A DNA stretch of 61,829 nt from positions 1-61,829 of the forward strand of contig JAVCCU010000016.1 of assembly GCA_030765335.1 (NCBI GenBank), in the 5' to 3' direction. The stretch is from Candidatus Kaelpia aquatica. GTDB taxonomy: Bacteria; Omnitrophota; Gorgyraeia; Kaelpiales; Kaelpiaceae. The notes below the pieces were generated by a model. It was not told where the DNA came from. It did no database searches and was given only the letters and a program-made list of their open reading frames with translations. Below, piece after piece: positions 17,684 to 26,907 of this stretch (the stretch's first letter is position 1; each line of letters starts with the position of its first letter). Made by a program: the position numbers and the translations under genes.

Positions 17684-19528
17684 TTAGCCTCTCTTCCTTT
17701 CAGCCAAAAAGATAACGTGCTTCAACTCTTCCTCACCTTTTGCTTCAAACCATTTCTTTTCAAAATCTTGGCTTTGAACGATTGCGGCAATAGCCGCCAA
17801 AATCTTTAGATGTAAAACGCGCTCACCAGGAGAGCTCACAAGAATAAAGGCAATATGAATTAATCGATCTCCGGGAAAAATGATTCCTGCTCGCGCTCGA
17901 ACCAAAACCAATCTGTTAACATTCTTATCGCTAATAAAAATATGAGGAATAGCCAACCCCTTTGCTATTACTGTGCTTGACTCTTCTTCTCTTTCTATAA
18001 ATTTATTGAATAAGTCTTCAGGGTTTAAACCTAGGCTTTCACCTAAACCAAGCGAAGCCTCTTTAAAAAAATCTTCCAACTTCAAAGGGCTCTCTATATC
18101 TAAAACCATACTTTCATCGACAAGCTCATAGAATTTCTGTTCAATAATACCTTCCCTTTGAATAACGATATCCTTAAGCTCTGTCAGAAGATTATCTGAA
18201 GCCAGCTCTTTATCTTTAACTGTCAATTTTTCCAAAACATAAATCAAAGCAGAGTCTTGCGCTGCTCTTTTCTGGGCATAGACTTTATACCAGATAAATC
18301 CTAACATAAAAAACACTGAAGTTAGAAGCGCAATAAACGATCCCATCTCAATTAGGAGAAATCCTCCCCCTAATATTCCTAAAATCTGCAGATAAGGATA
18401 GAAGGGGGAATAAAATTTCGGCCTATAGCTTAAGATCTTACTCTCCCTAAATAAAATCACGGTTAAATTAGCTAATATATAAAGCAAGATTAATATACTT
18501 GAAGCAACCTTAACCAATAATTCCAGCTTAAAAAACAGAATAGCAAAAATCATAAAAACACCAGTACATAAAATAGCAACATAAGGTGTACTGAATTTGA
18601 GACTTATTTTTTGAAAAACAGCCGGTAAAAGCTTGTCTCTGCTCATGCCTAAAGGATACCTTGAGGCAGTCATAATCCCTGCATTAGCAGTAGAGATAAA
18701 GGCTAAAAATGCCCCTATACTTACAATGATCTTCAAAGTATCTCCGCCAAAAACTGCTGCCCCGTCTGAGATTGGAGTAAGGGTTACTTTTAAACTTTCA
18801 GGATTCAAAACTCCCATAGTTATAACGATAACTAACACATAGAAAATAGAAGTTACAATAAGAGAAAGAATCATGCCTAAAGGCAGATTTCTACCCGGAT
18901 TTTTTGTCTCTTCAGCTAAAGCAGCTACCTTGGTTAACCCGCCATAAGAGATAAAAACAAAACTAGCTGTAGCAAACACAGGGCCTAACCCCTTAGAAAA
19001 AAATGGCGAGAAATTAACAGGATTAACTGCTTTCATACCCAAAAAAACATAGCTAATAAGTATACCTAGGAGCCCTAAGACCAAAAATACCTGAAATCTA
19101 CCAGCTTCTTTTACTCCCATCAAATTTAAAACAACAAAAAACACGCATAAACAAAAAGCAATAACATTTATAGATAAAGGGGTTATTATACTTAAATAAG
19201 CACCCATGCCTATTAAAGCAAATGCTCCCTTTAAGCTCAAAGAGAACCAGGTGCTGAAACCGGCAAGAGTTCCCAGTAGAGGACCAAATCCTCTCATGAT
19301 ATAGAAATAATCTCCTCCGGCCTTAGGCATAGCTGTGGTTAATTCTGCCATGCTTAAAAGCGTAGGAAGGCAAAAGATTCCGGCTATTATATAAGATAGA
19401 ATTACTGCTGGACCTGCTTTGGCAAAAGCTAACCCAGGCAGAATAAATAATCCCGAACTAATCATTGCCCCAGTTGCTACGCAGAAAACATCTAGAAGGG
19501 TGAGCTCTTTTTTTAACTCTTTTTTCAT
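17684..19528 (-). CDS. APC-superfamily permease fused to a C-terminal PTS EIIA domain
   Basis: GAMISSGLFILPG, GGDYFYI, AEETKNP; C-terminal ERE..SST.IAKGLAIPH. Confidence 0.9.
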   Translation of the reverse strand: MKKELKKELTLLDVFCVATGAMISSGLFILPGLAFAKAGPAVILSYIIAGIFCLPTLLSMAELTTAMPKAGGDYFYIMRGFGPLLGTLAGFSTWFSLSLKGAFALIGMGAYLSIITPLSINVIAFCLCVFFVVLNLMGVKEAGRFQVFLVLGLLGILISYVFLGMKAVNPVNFSPFFSKGLGPVFATASFVFISYGGLTKVAALAEETKNPGRNLPLGMILSLIVTSIFYVLVIVITMGVLNPESLKVTLTPISDGAAVFGGDTLKIIVSIGAFLAFISTANAGIMTASRYPLGMSRDKLLPAVFQKISLKFSTPYVAILCTGVFMIFAILFFKLELLVKVASSILILLYILANLTVILFRESKILSYRPKFYSPFYPYLQILGILGGGFLLIEMGSFIALLTSVFFMLGFIWYKVYAQKRAAQDSALIYVLEKLTVKDKELASDNLLTELKDIVIQREGIIEQKFYELVDESMVLDIESPLKLEDFFKEASLGLGESLGLNPEDLFNKFIEREEESSTVIAKGLAIPHIFISDKNVNRLVLVRARAGIIFPGDRLIHIAFILVSSPGERVLHLKILAAIAAIVQSQDFEKKWFEAKGEEELKHVIFLAERKRG

Positions 19529-19551
19529 TCTTTATTCATCTCTTTTTTATC

Positions 19552-19580
19552 ACTATATTATATCTTATTAAATATCGCAA
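19552..19580 (-). promoter_or_regulatory. Possible sigma70 promoter of the APC-EIIA / carbonic anhydrase pair
   Basis: TTGCGA (19580-19575), 17-bp spacer, TATAGT (19557-19552). Confidence 0.45.
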
Positions 19581-19645
19581 GTTATTTAGAGAAAGATTGA
19601 CTTTGAGTACAGACAACAGAGGTTCTCTAATATCAGCTCTACTTC

Positions 19646-19933
19646 TTATCCGATATTAATTTTTAAACAAGATCTCACAAGCTCTTCTTTTTTCTTTCTA
19701 CTCATTCTCTTTATCTCTAATTCTCTCATAAACGCTCTTTTAAAATACTTATACTCCTTAACCCAGGCCAATTTAACCGGCCTTCTATCTCTTGTATACT
19801 TAGCTCCCTTACCGCTACTATGTAACCCTATACGTGCTTCAATATTTTTTGTATATCCAGTATAAAAGGTACCATCACTGCATTCCAATATGTATACATA
19901 AAAAGAACCGCTACGCTTTATTTTCTTAGACAT
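19646..19933 (-). CDS. GIY-YIG nuclease family protein (UPF0213/YhbQ-like)
   Basis: FYVYILECSDGTFYTGYT, RIGLHSSGKGAKYTR, ELEIK. Confidence 0.92.
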   Translation of the reverse strand: MSKKIKRSGSFYVYILECSDGTFYTGYTKNIEARIGLHSSGKGAKYTRDRRPVKLAWVKEYKYFKRAFMRELEIKRMSRKKKEELVRSCLKINIG

Positions 19934-19961
19934 AAAATTTTAATTTAATCATATTCAACCT

Positions 19962-20100
19962 CTGTTTTTAAGGAGCATGCCATTCTCCTTATCTAAATCT
20001 AAGGCAATTAGATCCCCTTAGGGCTTAAGCGTCGGATAATATTGCTCCAATCGTCTTTAAGTTTTAAACGTACCGGGCGGGCTATCGCCCCAAAAAGCAG
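19962..20100. ncRNA. Candidate structured RNA, unassigned (6S-like possibility)
   Basis: The ends pair (CTGTTTTT / AAAAAGCAG) and enclose several internal hairpins. Confidence 0.35.
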
Positions 20101-20197
20101 TCTCTTCATTAAAATCTCTCTTCTCTTTATTATTATAGTTACTGGTATTCTTCACAATTAATATTGTAACAATAGAAATTAAAATTGTGTACTGGAC

Positions 20198-20779
20198 CTA
20201 TCGAGCCAAAAGAGATACTCCCATTTTTTTGAGCATTCCCATTAATCTAGCAAGCGGCAAACCTACAACATTATAAAAACAGCCTTCAATACGTTCGATA
20301 AAGATTGCTCCTAAACCCTGGATATCAAATGCTCCTGCTTTATCCATTGGATTAACTTTCTTAAAATAATCTCTTATTTCATTATCGGATAAATCCCGCA
20401 TAAAGATCTGGGTTTTTTCATAAGCAGTGTATCTTTCTCCACTATATAGATTAACAACCGCTAAGCCAGTATAGACCCAATGGGGTTTCTGGGATATCTC
20501 TTTAAGTATAGCAAAAGCCTGATCCATGCTATTTGGTTTTCCAATTATACTCTCATTCGATAAAACAACCGTATCAGCCCCTATAATTATTCCAGACTTA
20601 ATCTTAGAAGCAACATCTTCTGCCTTCTTCAATGCATTGGAGATAACAAGATCTTCGGGTTTAAATCTTAATTCTCTCTCCTCTTCAACGACTGGTATAA
20701 CAACGCTAAAATCTAATCCTATCTGCCTTAAAAGATCTTGCCTTGCCTTTGATCCTGAAGCCAAAATAATTCTAACCAT
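20198..20779 (-). CDS. maf: Maf family nucleoside triphosphate pyrophosphatase
   Basis: ILASGSKARQDLL, IIGADTVV, DKAGAFDIQG, GCFYNVVGLP. Confidence 0.95.
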   Translation of the reverse strand: MVRIILASGSKARQDLLRQIGLDFSVVIPVVEEERELRFKPEDLVISNALKKAEDVASKIKSGIIIGADTVVLSNESIIGKPNSMDQAFAILKEISQKPHWVYTGLAVVNLYSGERYTAYEKTQIFMRDLSDNEIRDYFKKVNPMDKAGAFDIQGLGAIFIERIEGCFYNVVGLPLARLMGMLKKMGVSLLAR

Positions 20780-22037
20780 CCACTACGCTCCTTCCAGCGA
20801 GATAACCAGTTGAAAAGGCCTGCTGGAGATTATAGCCTCCACTTTTAGCGCAGCCATCTATGATTTCACCCGCAAAGTAAAGGCCCGGAACAACCCTGGA
20901 CTCCATAGTTCTAGGATTAATCTCTTCTATAGATACTCCGCCATTGGTTACCATTGCACTATCAATAGCCAAAGATCCTGTAACTGTTAAGGGCAGTTCT
21001 TTAAAAAGCTGGACTATCTTATGCCTCTCTTCTCGACTCAAAGTATTCACTTTTTTATCCTCAGATATACCGGAGATATAGAGAAAAATAGAGGCCATCC
21101 TCTTAGGCAATAGGCTGCGAATAACATTTTTAATCTTCATCTTGCTTTTTGCCTCAATCTCTTTTAAGATCCTTTCTTTGAGCTTCTCATTGCTCAATCC
21201 CGGCTTAAGGTCAATCAGCATCTCAACATGATTATGCTCTTCTAGTAAAGAGATGACATCGGCACTTAAATCCAGTATCAGAGGACCGGAAACTCCAAAA
21301 TGAGTAAACATTATCTCTCCAATAGGAGAGACTATCTTCTTTCTCTTTTTACTGCCTCCAGCCTTATTAAAGCTGAATGTAACCCTGATATTCTTGAGCG
21401 ATAACCCCTGCAACCTCTTGACCCAAACCTCTTGTGTCTTAAGCGGCACAAGTCCCGGATTTAAGGGCGTTATGGTATGGCCCAGTTTTTTAGCAAAACC
21501 AAAGCCATCTCCAAGCGAGCCTGTCATCTTATAAGAAGCTCCTCCTGTTGCAATAATCACCTTCTTAGCATAGATCTTCTTGCCATTCTCCAAGCCTAAA
21601 CTAAAAGATTCTCTCTCCCTGCTTATACCCTTAAGGGGAGTGTTGAAGAGAGTTTTTATATTATTACTCTCTGAGATAGCCCGCTCTAATACTTCTACAA
21701 CTGAAGACGATTTATCAGTAACAGGAAAGATACGCCCCTGCCTTTCAACCTTCATATCAAGTCCTCTGTCTTTGAAGAAAGCAATCAAATCATCATTAAA
21801 GAAAGAGTTGAATGCCTGTCTTAAGAAACGACCCTGTTTGCCAAATACTTCGATAAAACTATCAATATCAGCAGAGTTAGTAATATTGCAACGCTTCTTA
21901 CCACTAAGTAAGATCTTATGACCAAGAGAGCTATTGCTCTCAACCAAAACGATACTTTTCCTAGATAAAGCAGCAATTATGCTGGCCATAGAACCAGCCG
22001 CTCCACCGCCAATTACAGCTATATCATAACTAGACAA
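20772..22037 (-). CDS. HI0933/YhiN family flavoprotein
   Basis: GGGAAG, KILLSGKKRCNITN, EQGRIFP, GEIMFTHFGVSGP, GGYNLQQAFSTG. Confidence 0.92.
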   Translation of the reverse strand: MSSYDIAVIGGGAAGSMASIIAALSRKSIVLVESNSSLGHKILLSGKKRCNITNSADIDSFIEVFGKQGRFLRQAFNSFFNDDLIAFFKDRGLDMKVERQGRIFPVTDKSSSVVEVLERAISESNNIKTLFNTPLKGISRERESFSLGLENGKKIYAKKVIIATGGASYKMTGSLGDGFGFAKKLGHTITPLNPGLVPLKTQEVWVKRLQGLSLKNIRVTFSFNKAGGSKKRKKIVSPIGEIMFTHFGVSGPLILDLSADVISLLEEHNHVEMLIDLKPGLSNEKLKERILKEIEAKSKMKIKNVIRSLLPKRMASIFLYISGISEDKKVNTLSREERHKIVQLFKELPLTVTGSLAIDSAMVTNGGVSIEEINPRTMESRVVPGLYFAGEIIDGCAKSGGYNLQQAFSTGYLAGRSVVDG

Positions 22038-22211
22038 AATAATATCTTCTCCATTCTCTTAAGATAGTATCTTTATGCATAATAAGTATAGTATGAATTA
22101 TACCCAGAAACAACAAGCACTCTTACTATATTAGGTGCCCAAATGAATAGGTCGCGGTGAAGAGCACACACTTTTGAGTTCTTTTTTTAGGCAAATCCGG
22201 CACCAAAGCTG

Positions 22212-22967
22212 CTATTTGGATTTACCCTGATTGGCTACGCTCTGCATAGCCTTCCTAACCTCTTCCTCATCACCAAGATAGTAATGCTTCAATGGCTTTA
22301 ACTGATCATCCAGCTCATAGATAAGAGGTATACCGGTTGGAATATTCAATTTTGGAATATCTTCATCTGAGACATTATCTAAATATTTAACTAAGGCTCG
22401 CAAGCTATTTCCATGGGCAGCAATCATAATAGTATCTCTCTCTTTTAAGACAGGCACTATCTCATCGTGCCAATAAGGCAGGAACCTATCTACTGTGTCC
22501 TTCAAACACTCCGTAAGAGGGATCTCGTCTTCTGTTAAATCTTTATATTTAACCTCATTGCCTGGATACCTTGGATCTGTCTTCGTAAGAGCAAGAGGCG
22601 GAACATCGTAACTTCTTCTCCAAATGTGGACCTGGTCCTCTCCAAACTCCGCAGCAGTCTCTTTCTTATTTAAACCCTGTAAAGCTCCATAATGCCTTTC
22701 ATTTAACCTCCAGGAACGCTCAACCTTAACCCATGCTAAATCCATCTTATCCAGTACTATCCAGAGCGTCTTGATAGCCCTCTTTAAAACAGAGGTAAAT
22801 ACAATATCGAAACTATAGCCCCCCTTCTTTAGAACTTCACCTGCCCTCTCTGCTTCCTGAATACCTTTCTCTGATAAGTCAACATCTGTCCAGCCTGTAA
22901 ACCTGTTCTCTTTATTCCAAGTACTCTCTCCATGTCTTAAAAGTATAAGTTTTTTCATATTCAACAA
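22212..22967 (-). CDS. gpmA: 2,3-bisphosphoglycerate-dependent phosphoglycerate mutase
   Basis: [33 protein letters not shown]. The true start is probably the ATG at 22958. Confidence 0.97.
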   Translation of the reverse strand: MLNMKKLILLRHGESTWNKENRFTGWTDVDLSEKGIQEAERAGEVLKKGGYSFDIVFTSVLKRAIKTLWIVLDKMDLAWVKVERSWRLNERHYGALQGLNKKETAAEFGEDQVHIWRRSYDVPPLALTKTDPRYPGNEVKYKDLTEDEIPLTECLKDTVDRFLPYWHDEIVPVLKERDTIMIAAHGNSLRALVKYLDNVSDEDIPKLNIPTGIPLIYELDDQLKPLKHYYLGDEEEVRKAMQSVANQGKSK

Positions 22968-23075
22968 TCTCCTTTTTTAAAACATTATCTAATTAACTCA
23001 ATACATTATATGGAATATTGCAATTACAGCAACTATTAATTACATTAAAAAACAGCCTATCTTCAGCGTTAAAGC

Positions 23076-24422
23076 CTATAGACTAGAGTACTTAATCTTT
23101 CTAAGCTCTCTTATAATCAAAGTGCCCGTTATAGCCACGGCTATAATATCCGCAGCAGGACCACTGAACCATACCCCTTCTAAGTTATACAAATACGAAA
23201 GAATAAAAAGAGCAGGGATAAAGATAACCGTCTCTCTTAATAATCCAAGGAATATAGCGTAACCGCCTTTACCAATGGACTGGAAGAACCGTGTACCTAA
23301 GATATGGATAGTTGCAAAAGGACTCATAATCAGAAATACCCTAAGAGCATAGCTGCTTAGCCTAACAAGCTCGTCATCACCTTTTGAGAAAAGCTCAGAG
23401 ATAGGCTCTACAAAGAACCAGATAACCAGAACTATTAAAAGTGTAATCAAAAACCCGCTTAAAGATGCGTAAAAAAATGTATCTTTAACACGATTGGATA
23501 GTTTAGCCCCATAATTATAACCAATAATAGGCTGCATCCCAGCTGCCATCCCGAAAGAGAACATTCTAACAATCGAGCCTAATGCAAAGATGATACCTAA
23601 AGCAGCGACTGCAATTTCACCTCCATAAAGCAACACCCTTTTATTCAAAAAAACAACCTGAATACTGCCTGCGATATTGGCCAATGCAGGCGATAGACCT
23701 AGCATAGATATCTTTTTAAAATTAACTAAATCTAGGCGCAGATGGTTCCTGCGAATATGCAAGAGACCCTTCTTTCTCATAACATAGAAAAGACCCATCA
23801 ACACAACAACAGCTTCTGATATTATTGTTGCAAGAGCAGCGCCTGAGATACCCATTGAAAAAATAAATATAAATAAATAATCAAGTGCGACATTTAAAAG
23901 AGTTCCAGAGACAATCATTAATGTTGCATATATTGGATTGCCTTCTGCCCTTATGATAAATGTTAAAGTAAAGCCATAGAAAAAGAATATTGCTCCACTT
24001 ATAAATATGCCTAAATACTCACGTGCATATGAAAATACCTCGGGGCCAACAGAGAAAAAACCCAATATTTGATCTTTAAATGCAAGACCCAAAAAAGAGG
24101 TCAAAAAACCAAATAGCGTTATAATAACAAAAGTATTACCAAAAACATTTTCTGCTCTCTCTCTATCTTTTTGACCTAAATATATTGATATCAAAGCAGA
24201 TGAGCCGCTAGCACAGAGAAGAGATAGAGCAAAAATTATATGGAGCACAGGAAAAGCAATTGTTACTCCCGCTAAGGCAAGTGAGCCTACACCGCGCCCT
24301 ATAAATATTCTGTCAACTACTATGTATAAAGAGTGGAGGACTAAGCTAAATACCGAAGGCAGAGAGAACTTAACTAAAAGATACCCTATTGACCTCTCTC
24401 CTATCTCTTGCGCTCTATTCAT
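23076..24422 (-). CDS. MATE family efflux transporter
   Basis: 12-TM pattern; VDRIFIG, IRAEGNP, NVALDYLFI, GMQPIIGYNYGA. Confidence 0.93.
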   Translation of the reverse strand: MNRAQEIGERSIGYLLVKFSLPSVFSLVLHSLYIVVDRIFIGRGVGSLALAGVTIAFPVLHIIFALSLLCASGSSALISIYLGQKDRERAENVFGNTFVIITLFGFLTSFLGLAFKDQILGFFSVGPEVFSYAREYLGIFISGAIFFFYGFTLTFIIRAEGNPIYATLMIVSGTLLNVALDYLFIFIFSMGISGAALATIISEAVVVLMGLFYVMRKKGLLHIRRNHLRLDLVNFKKISMLGLSPALANIAGSIQVVFLNKRVLLYGGEIAVAALGIIFALGSIVRMFSFGMAAGMQPIIGYNYGAKLSNRVKDTFFYASLSGFLITLLIVLVIWFFVEPISELFSKGDDELVRLSSYALRVFLIMSPFATIHILGTRFFQSIGKGGYAIFLGLLRETVIFIPALFILSYLYNLEGVWFSGPAADIIAVAITGTLIIRELRKIKYSSL

Positions 24423-24441
24423 GGCTATAATGCAGAAGATA

Positions 24442-25056
24442 CTATTTTTTATCTTTTACAAACATAAGCGGAAATACTATATCGCTAATACAACAAGGAA
24501 TCCAAACAGCGAGAAACAAAAATATAAATACAACTACATGGCCAAAAACAGCATAAAGAGAGTCCCCTTTGGCCATCATAATGTGAAACAGGGATGCCCA
24601 GGTGCTTAAAAGAACATGGCCGTAATGAGGTATCTTTGTTGAAGGCCTAAAATATGCTATCGCTATACCTATGATAGCCAAAGGATTTACAAGATACCAC
24701 TTCTCGATAAATCCAATATGGACATGCCTGTGAGGCATATTAAGCCAAGCCTCACCTATATAGGGAATAATAGAGTCGCTTATTGTAGCAATGCCTATAG
24801 AGCCAAAATAACCTACGGCGAGAAGAACAAGAATATTACATTTTACCTTATGAGTCTTACACTTATAGAGCTTATACATTGAAGCGGTAACTAAAGCACT
24901 AAAAAGCACATGCAGGGGGTGTAGGATATAAAAGATGTTATAAGACGTTTCTCGGGGTGTACCGGAGAAGAGAACCATGATAATAACACCAGATACTGCG
25001 CCTAAGGCAGTAAAAGGTGCATGCTCTTTTAATTCTCTGGTAATAAGTTTAAGCAT
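24442..25056 (-). CDS. His-rich integral membrane protein of unknown function
   Basis: About 5-6 hydrophobic segments; HPLHV, HRHVH, PHYGHV, FHI, PCCISD. Confidence 0.75.
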   Translation of the reverse strand: MLKLITRELKEHAPFTALGAVSGVIIMVLFSGTPRETSYNIFYILHPLHVLFSALVTASMYKLYKCKTHKVKCNILVLLAVGYFGSIGIATISDSIIPYIGEAWLNMPHRHVHIGFIEKWYLVNPLAIIGIAIAYFRPSTKIPHYGHVLLSTWASLFHIMMAKGDSLYAVFGHVVVFIFLFLAVWIPCCISDIVFPLMFVKDKK

Positions 25057-25152
25057 AGCTTCAGCACTATAAATCTTATTGATTCCTGCTTTATTATTAT
25101 TAAAATACTCTAAGCTGTCAATAGCACAGAATATATTTTACAAAAAGAATGG

Positions 25153-25296
25153 TTACTCTTTGAGTTTAATAGCACTCTCAATAACTACTATTATATCTAA
25201 AGAATTGAAAGGTTTTATTAGACATTCAGCAATACCGCAGATTTCCACATAGGTCTTATGCTCTTTTTCGGCATAGTAACCGAAGATACTGTCAAT
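25153..25296 (-). pseudogene. C-terminal half of a response-regulator receiver domain, with no start codon
   Basis: Hand translation: IDSIFGYYAEKEHKTYVEICGIAECLIKPFNSLDIIVVIESAIKLKE*. An in-frame TAG lies at 25297-25299. Confidence 0.5.
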
Positions 25297-25684
25297 CTAA
25301 TAGTGTATCTATAAAAGAGGATATTGCCCGCCTCTCTTGCGGCGCAACATTCCTGAATGATACACCGAACCTATGCAAGTCTTCTCTGAAAGGAAAATTA
25401 TAGCAAACCTCACCTGTAATACTCATCGGGCTATAGCGCTTAGTCTCTCTTGCCCCTAAATTAACCAAGGTAAATTTTGTCTCAACATTGGTTTTGGGAG
25501 AAAAATCATAGTCCGATATAAACCCTGCACCACTATCGCTTATATCAAACATCTTGACAATAATATCTCTGGGCTCAACAATAGTTCTAGATTTAAAGAG
25601 CTCCTGAGTCGTGCATACTGCGGTAAAATTCACCTTAAACCTTTTATGTCTTCTTCTTTCAATTACTGAAGAATCTGAATCCAT
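25292..25684 (-). CDS. PilZ domain protein (c-di-GMP receptor)
   Basis: ERRRHKRF (RxxxR) and DISDSG (DxSxxG). Confidence 0.9.
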   Translation of the reverse strand: MDSDSSVIERRRHKRFKVNFTAVCTTQELFKSRTIVEPRDIIVKMFDISDSGAGFISDYDFSPKTNVETKFTLVNLGARETKRYSPMSITGEVCYNFPFREDLHRFGVSFRNVAPQERRAISSFIDTLLD

Positions 25685-25745
25685 ATCAAATTTTAACCTC
25701 CAATTAATATTATAAATCTAGGGCTAATTTTTACAATAAAAAATA

Positions 25746-26480
25746 TTAATTAATCTCACAGAGTTTTGACCTTATATTCTCAAGCTTGCCAAAACATATA
25801 AGAGTATCGTCCTGTATTATCTTCATGCTAGCCTGAGGATTTGGTATTGTCTCCCTCTTTCTCTCTATTGCAAGCACAGTTATATCCCAACTTCTAAGAT
25901 TAGATTCCTGCAAAGTTTTATCTAGAACAGGACTGCTATCGCATATTTTTATACTAGATATACCATATCCGCCAGTAGATATGACTAGCTCCTCAAACGA
26001 TACGCGCTTAATCATATCTCTATTTATTATTCTCATTCTAAGTGCTTTGGTCAGTTTGCGGGAAATATTTGTCTTATTAAAGATCTTATAACTAAAATAA
26101 AGTACGGCGGCTATTATTACCACATTTACAAGAGGTGATACTTGATAAGGTACTACCGAACCTAGAAAAGGAATACGGAACTCCAAAACATCCGGCCTCA
26201 AAGAGTTGGCAAAAGTAGCTACAAGAGAAACTAATCCGGCATTACCAAGCACCATAAGAACTGAAGCGATACGCCGTCTCTGTGGATTAGCGGTAATGAG
26301 CTCAGACTCTCTGGTTGTAAAACCTGTCCCGGTAAAACAGGAGAGTGCCTGAAACTTTGCAAACGACCAGTCAACACCGGTAAGCTCAAAAGCAATAGCT
26401 CCAATCCTAACAACTATAAAAGATATAACCAGAATAACAAAAAACAATAATAGATTCATAAGCTCTCCATTGGTTAACAA
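25746..26480 (-). CDS. Membrane protein with a C-terminal TrkA-C (RCK_C) domain
   Basis: FQALSCFTGTGFTTRESE pore-like segment; C-terminal VLAIER...IPNP...DDTLICFG. Confidence 0.85.
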   Translation of the reverse strand: MLTNGELMNLLLFFVILVISFIVVRIGAIAFELTGVDWSFAKFQALSCFTGTGFTTRESELITANPQRRRIASVLMVLGNAGLVSLVATFANSLRPDVLEFRIPFLGSVVPYQVSPLVNVVIIAAVLYFSYKIFNKTNISRKLTKALRMRIINRDMIKRVSFEELVISTGGYGISSIKICDSSPVLDKTLQESNLRSWDITVLAIERKRETIPNPQASMKIIQDDTLICFGKLENIRSKLCEIN

Positions 26481-26525
26481 AAATATTATATCTAGATATA
26501 AAACAAAATGGAAGAAATATAAGAA

Positions 26526-26550
26526 CGGGGTAGAAAGAATATCTACCCCG
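26526..26550 (-). terminator. Rho-independent terminator of hup
   Basis: CGGGGTAGA-7 nt-TCTACCCCG perfect 9-bp stem followed by a T-rich tract on the minus strand. Confidence 0.85.
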
Positions 26551-26563
26551 AATTAAATCAGTT

Positions 26564-26833
26564 TTATTTTATAGCGCTCTTTAAACCAGTCCCTGCTTTA
26601 AATACAGGTACTTTTCTTGCAGCTATTTGAATAGCTTCGCCTGTCCTGGGGTTTCTACCTGTTCTCGCTTTTCTCTGAGAAGCCTTAAAAGTTCCAAAAC
26701 CTGTAATTGAGACAGAGTCGCCTTTCTTTAAAGCAGCAACGATACTACCCAAGATAACATCTACAGCCTGAGAAGCTGCTTTCTTCGTACAAGTTACTTT
26801 AGCTACTGCTTCCACCAAATCACCTTTGTTCAT
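26564..26833 (-). CDS. hup: DNA-binding protein HU
   Basis: MNKGDLVEAVA, GFGTF, RTGRNPRTGE, VPVFKAG. Confidence 0.97.
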   Translation of the reverse strand: MNKGDLVEAVAKVTCTKKAASQAVDVILGSIVAALKKGDSVSITGFGTFKASQRKARTGRNPRTGEAIQIAARKVPVFKAGTGLKSAIK

Positions 26834-26870
26834 CTTTGCACCTCCTTTATTTTTATAAGATCAGAACAAC

Positions 26871-26899
26871 ATTTTATGACTTATAAAGATTAAAGTCAA
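26871..26899 (-). promoter_or_regulatory. Sigma70 promoter of hup
   Basis: TTGACT, 17-bp spacer, TAAAAT. Confidence 0.65.
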
Positions 26900-26907
26900 T
26901 AAATCTA

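Noticed and set aside
19646-19933. GIY-YIG gene as a homing endonuclease or mobile element
   Set aside because: Short stand-alone UPF0213-type protein with no DNA-binding extension, host intron or flanking repeats.
20075-20091. GGCGATAGCCCGCCC resembling the start of a fluoride riboswitch
   Set aside because: The downstream pseudoknot partner and conserved AAAC/UGAUG elements are absent, and no fluoride-related gene follows.
22134-22205. 72-nt element closed by GGTGCC/GGCACC, tRNA-sized, with cobalamin-riboswitch-like words (AATAGG, CGGTGAA, AAATCCGG)
   Set aside because: No D-arm, no GTTC T-loop and the wrong 3' spacing for a tRNA. It lacks GGGAA and faces no plus-strand gene, so it is not a riboswitch. 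An Infernal scan would settle it.
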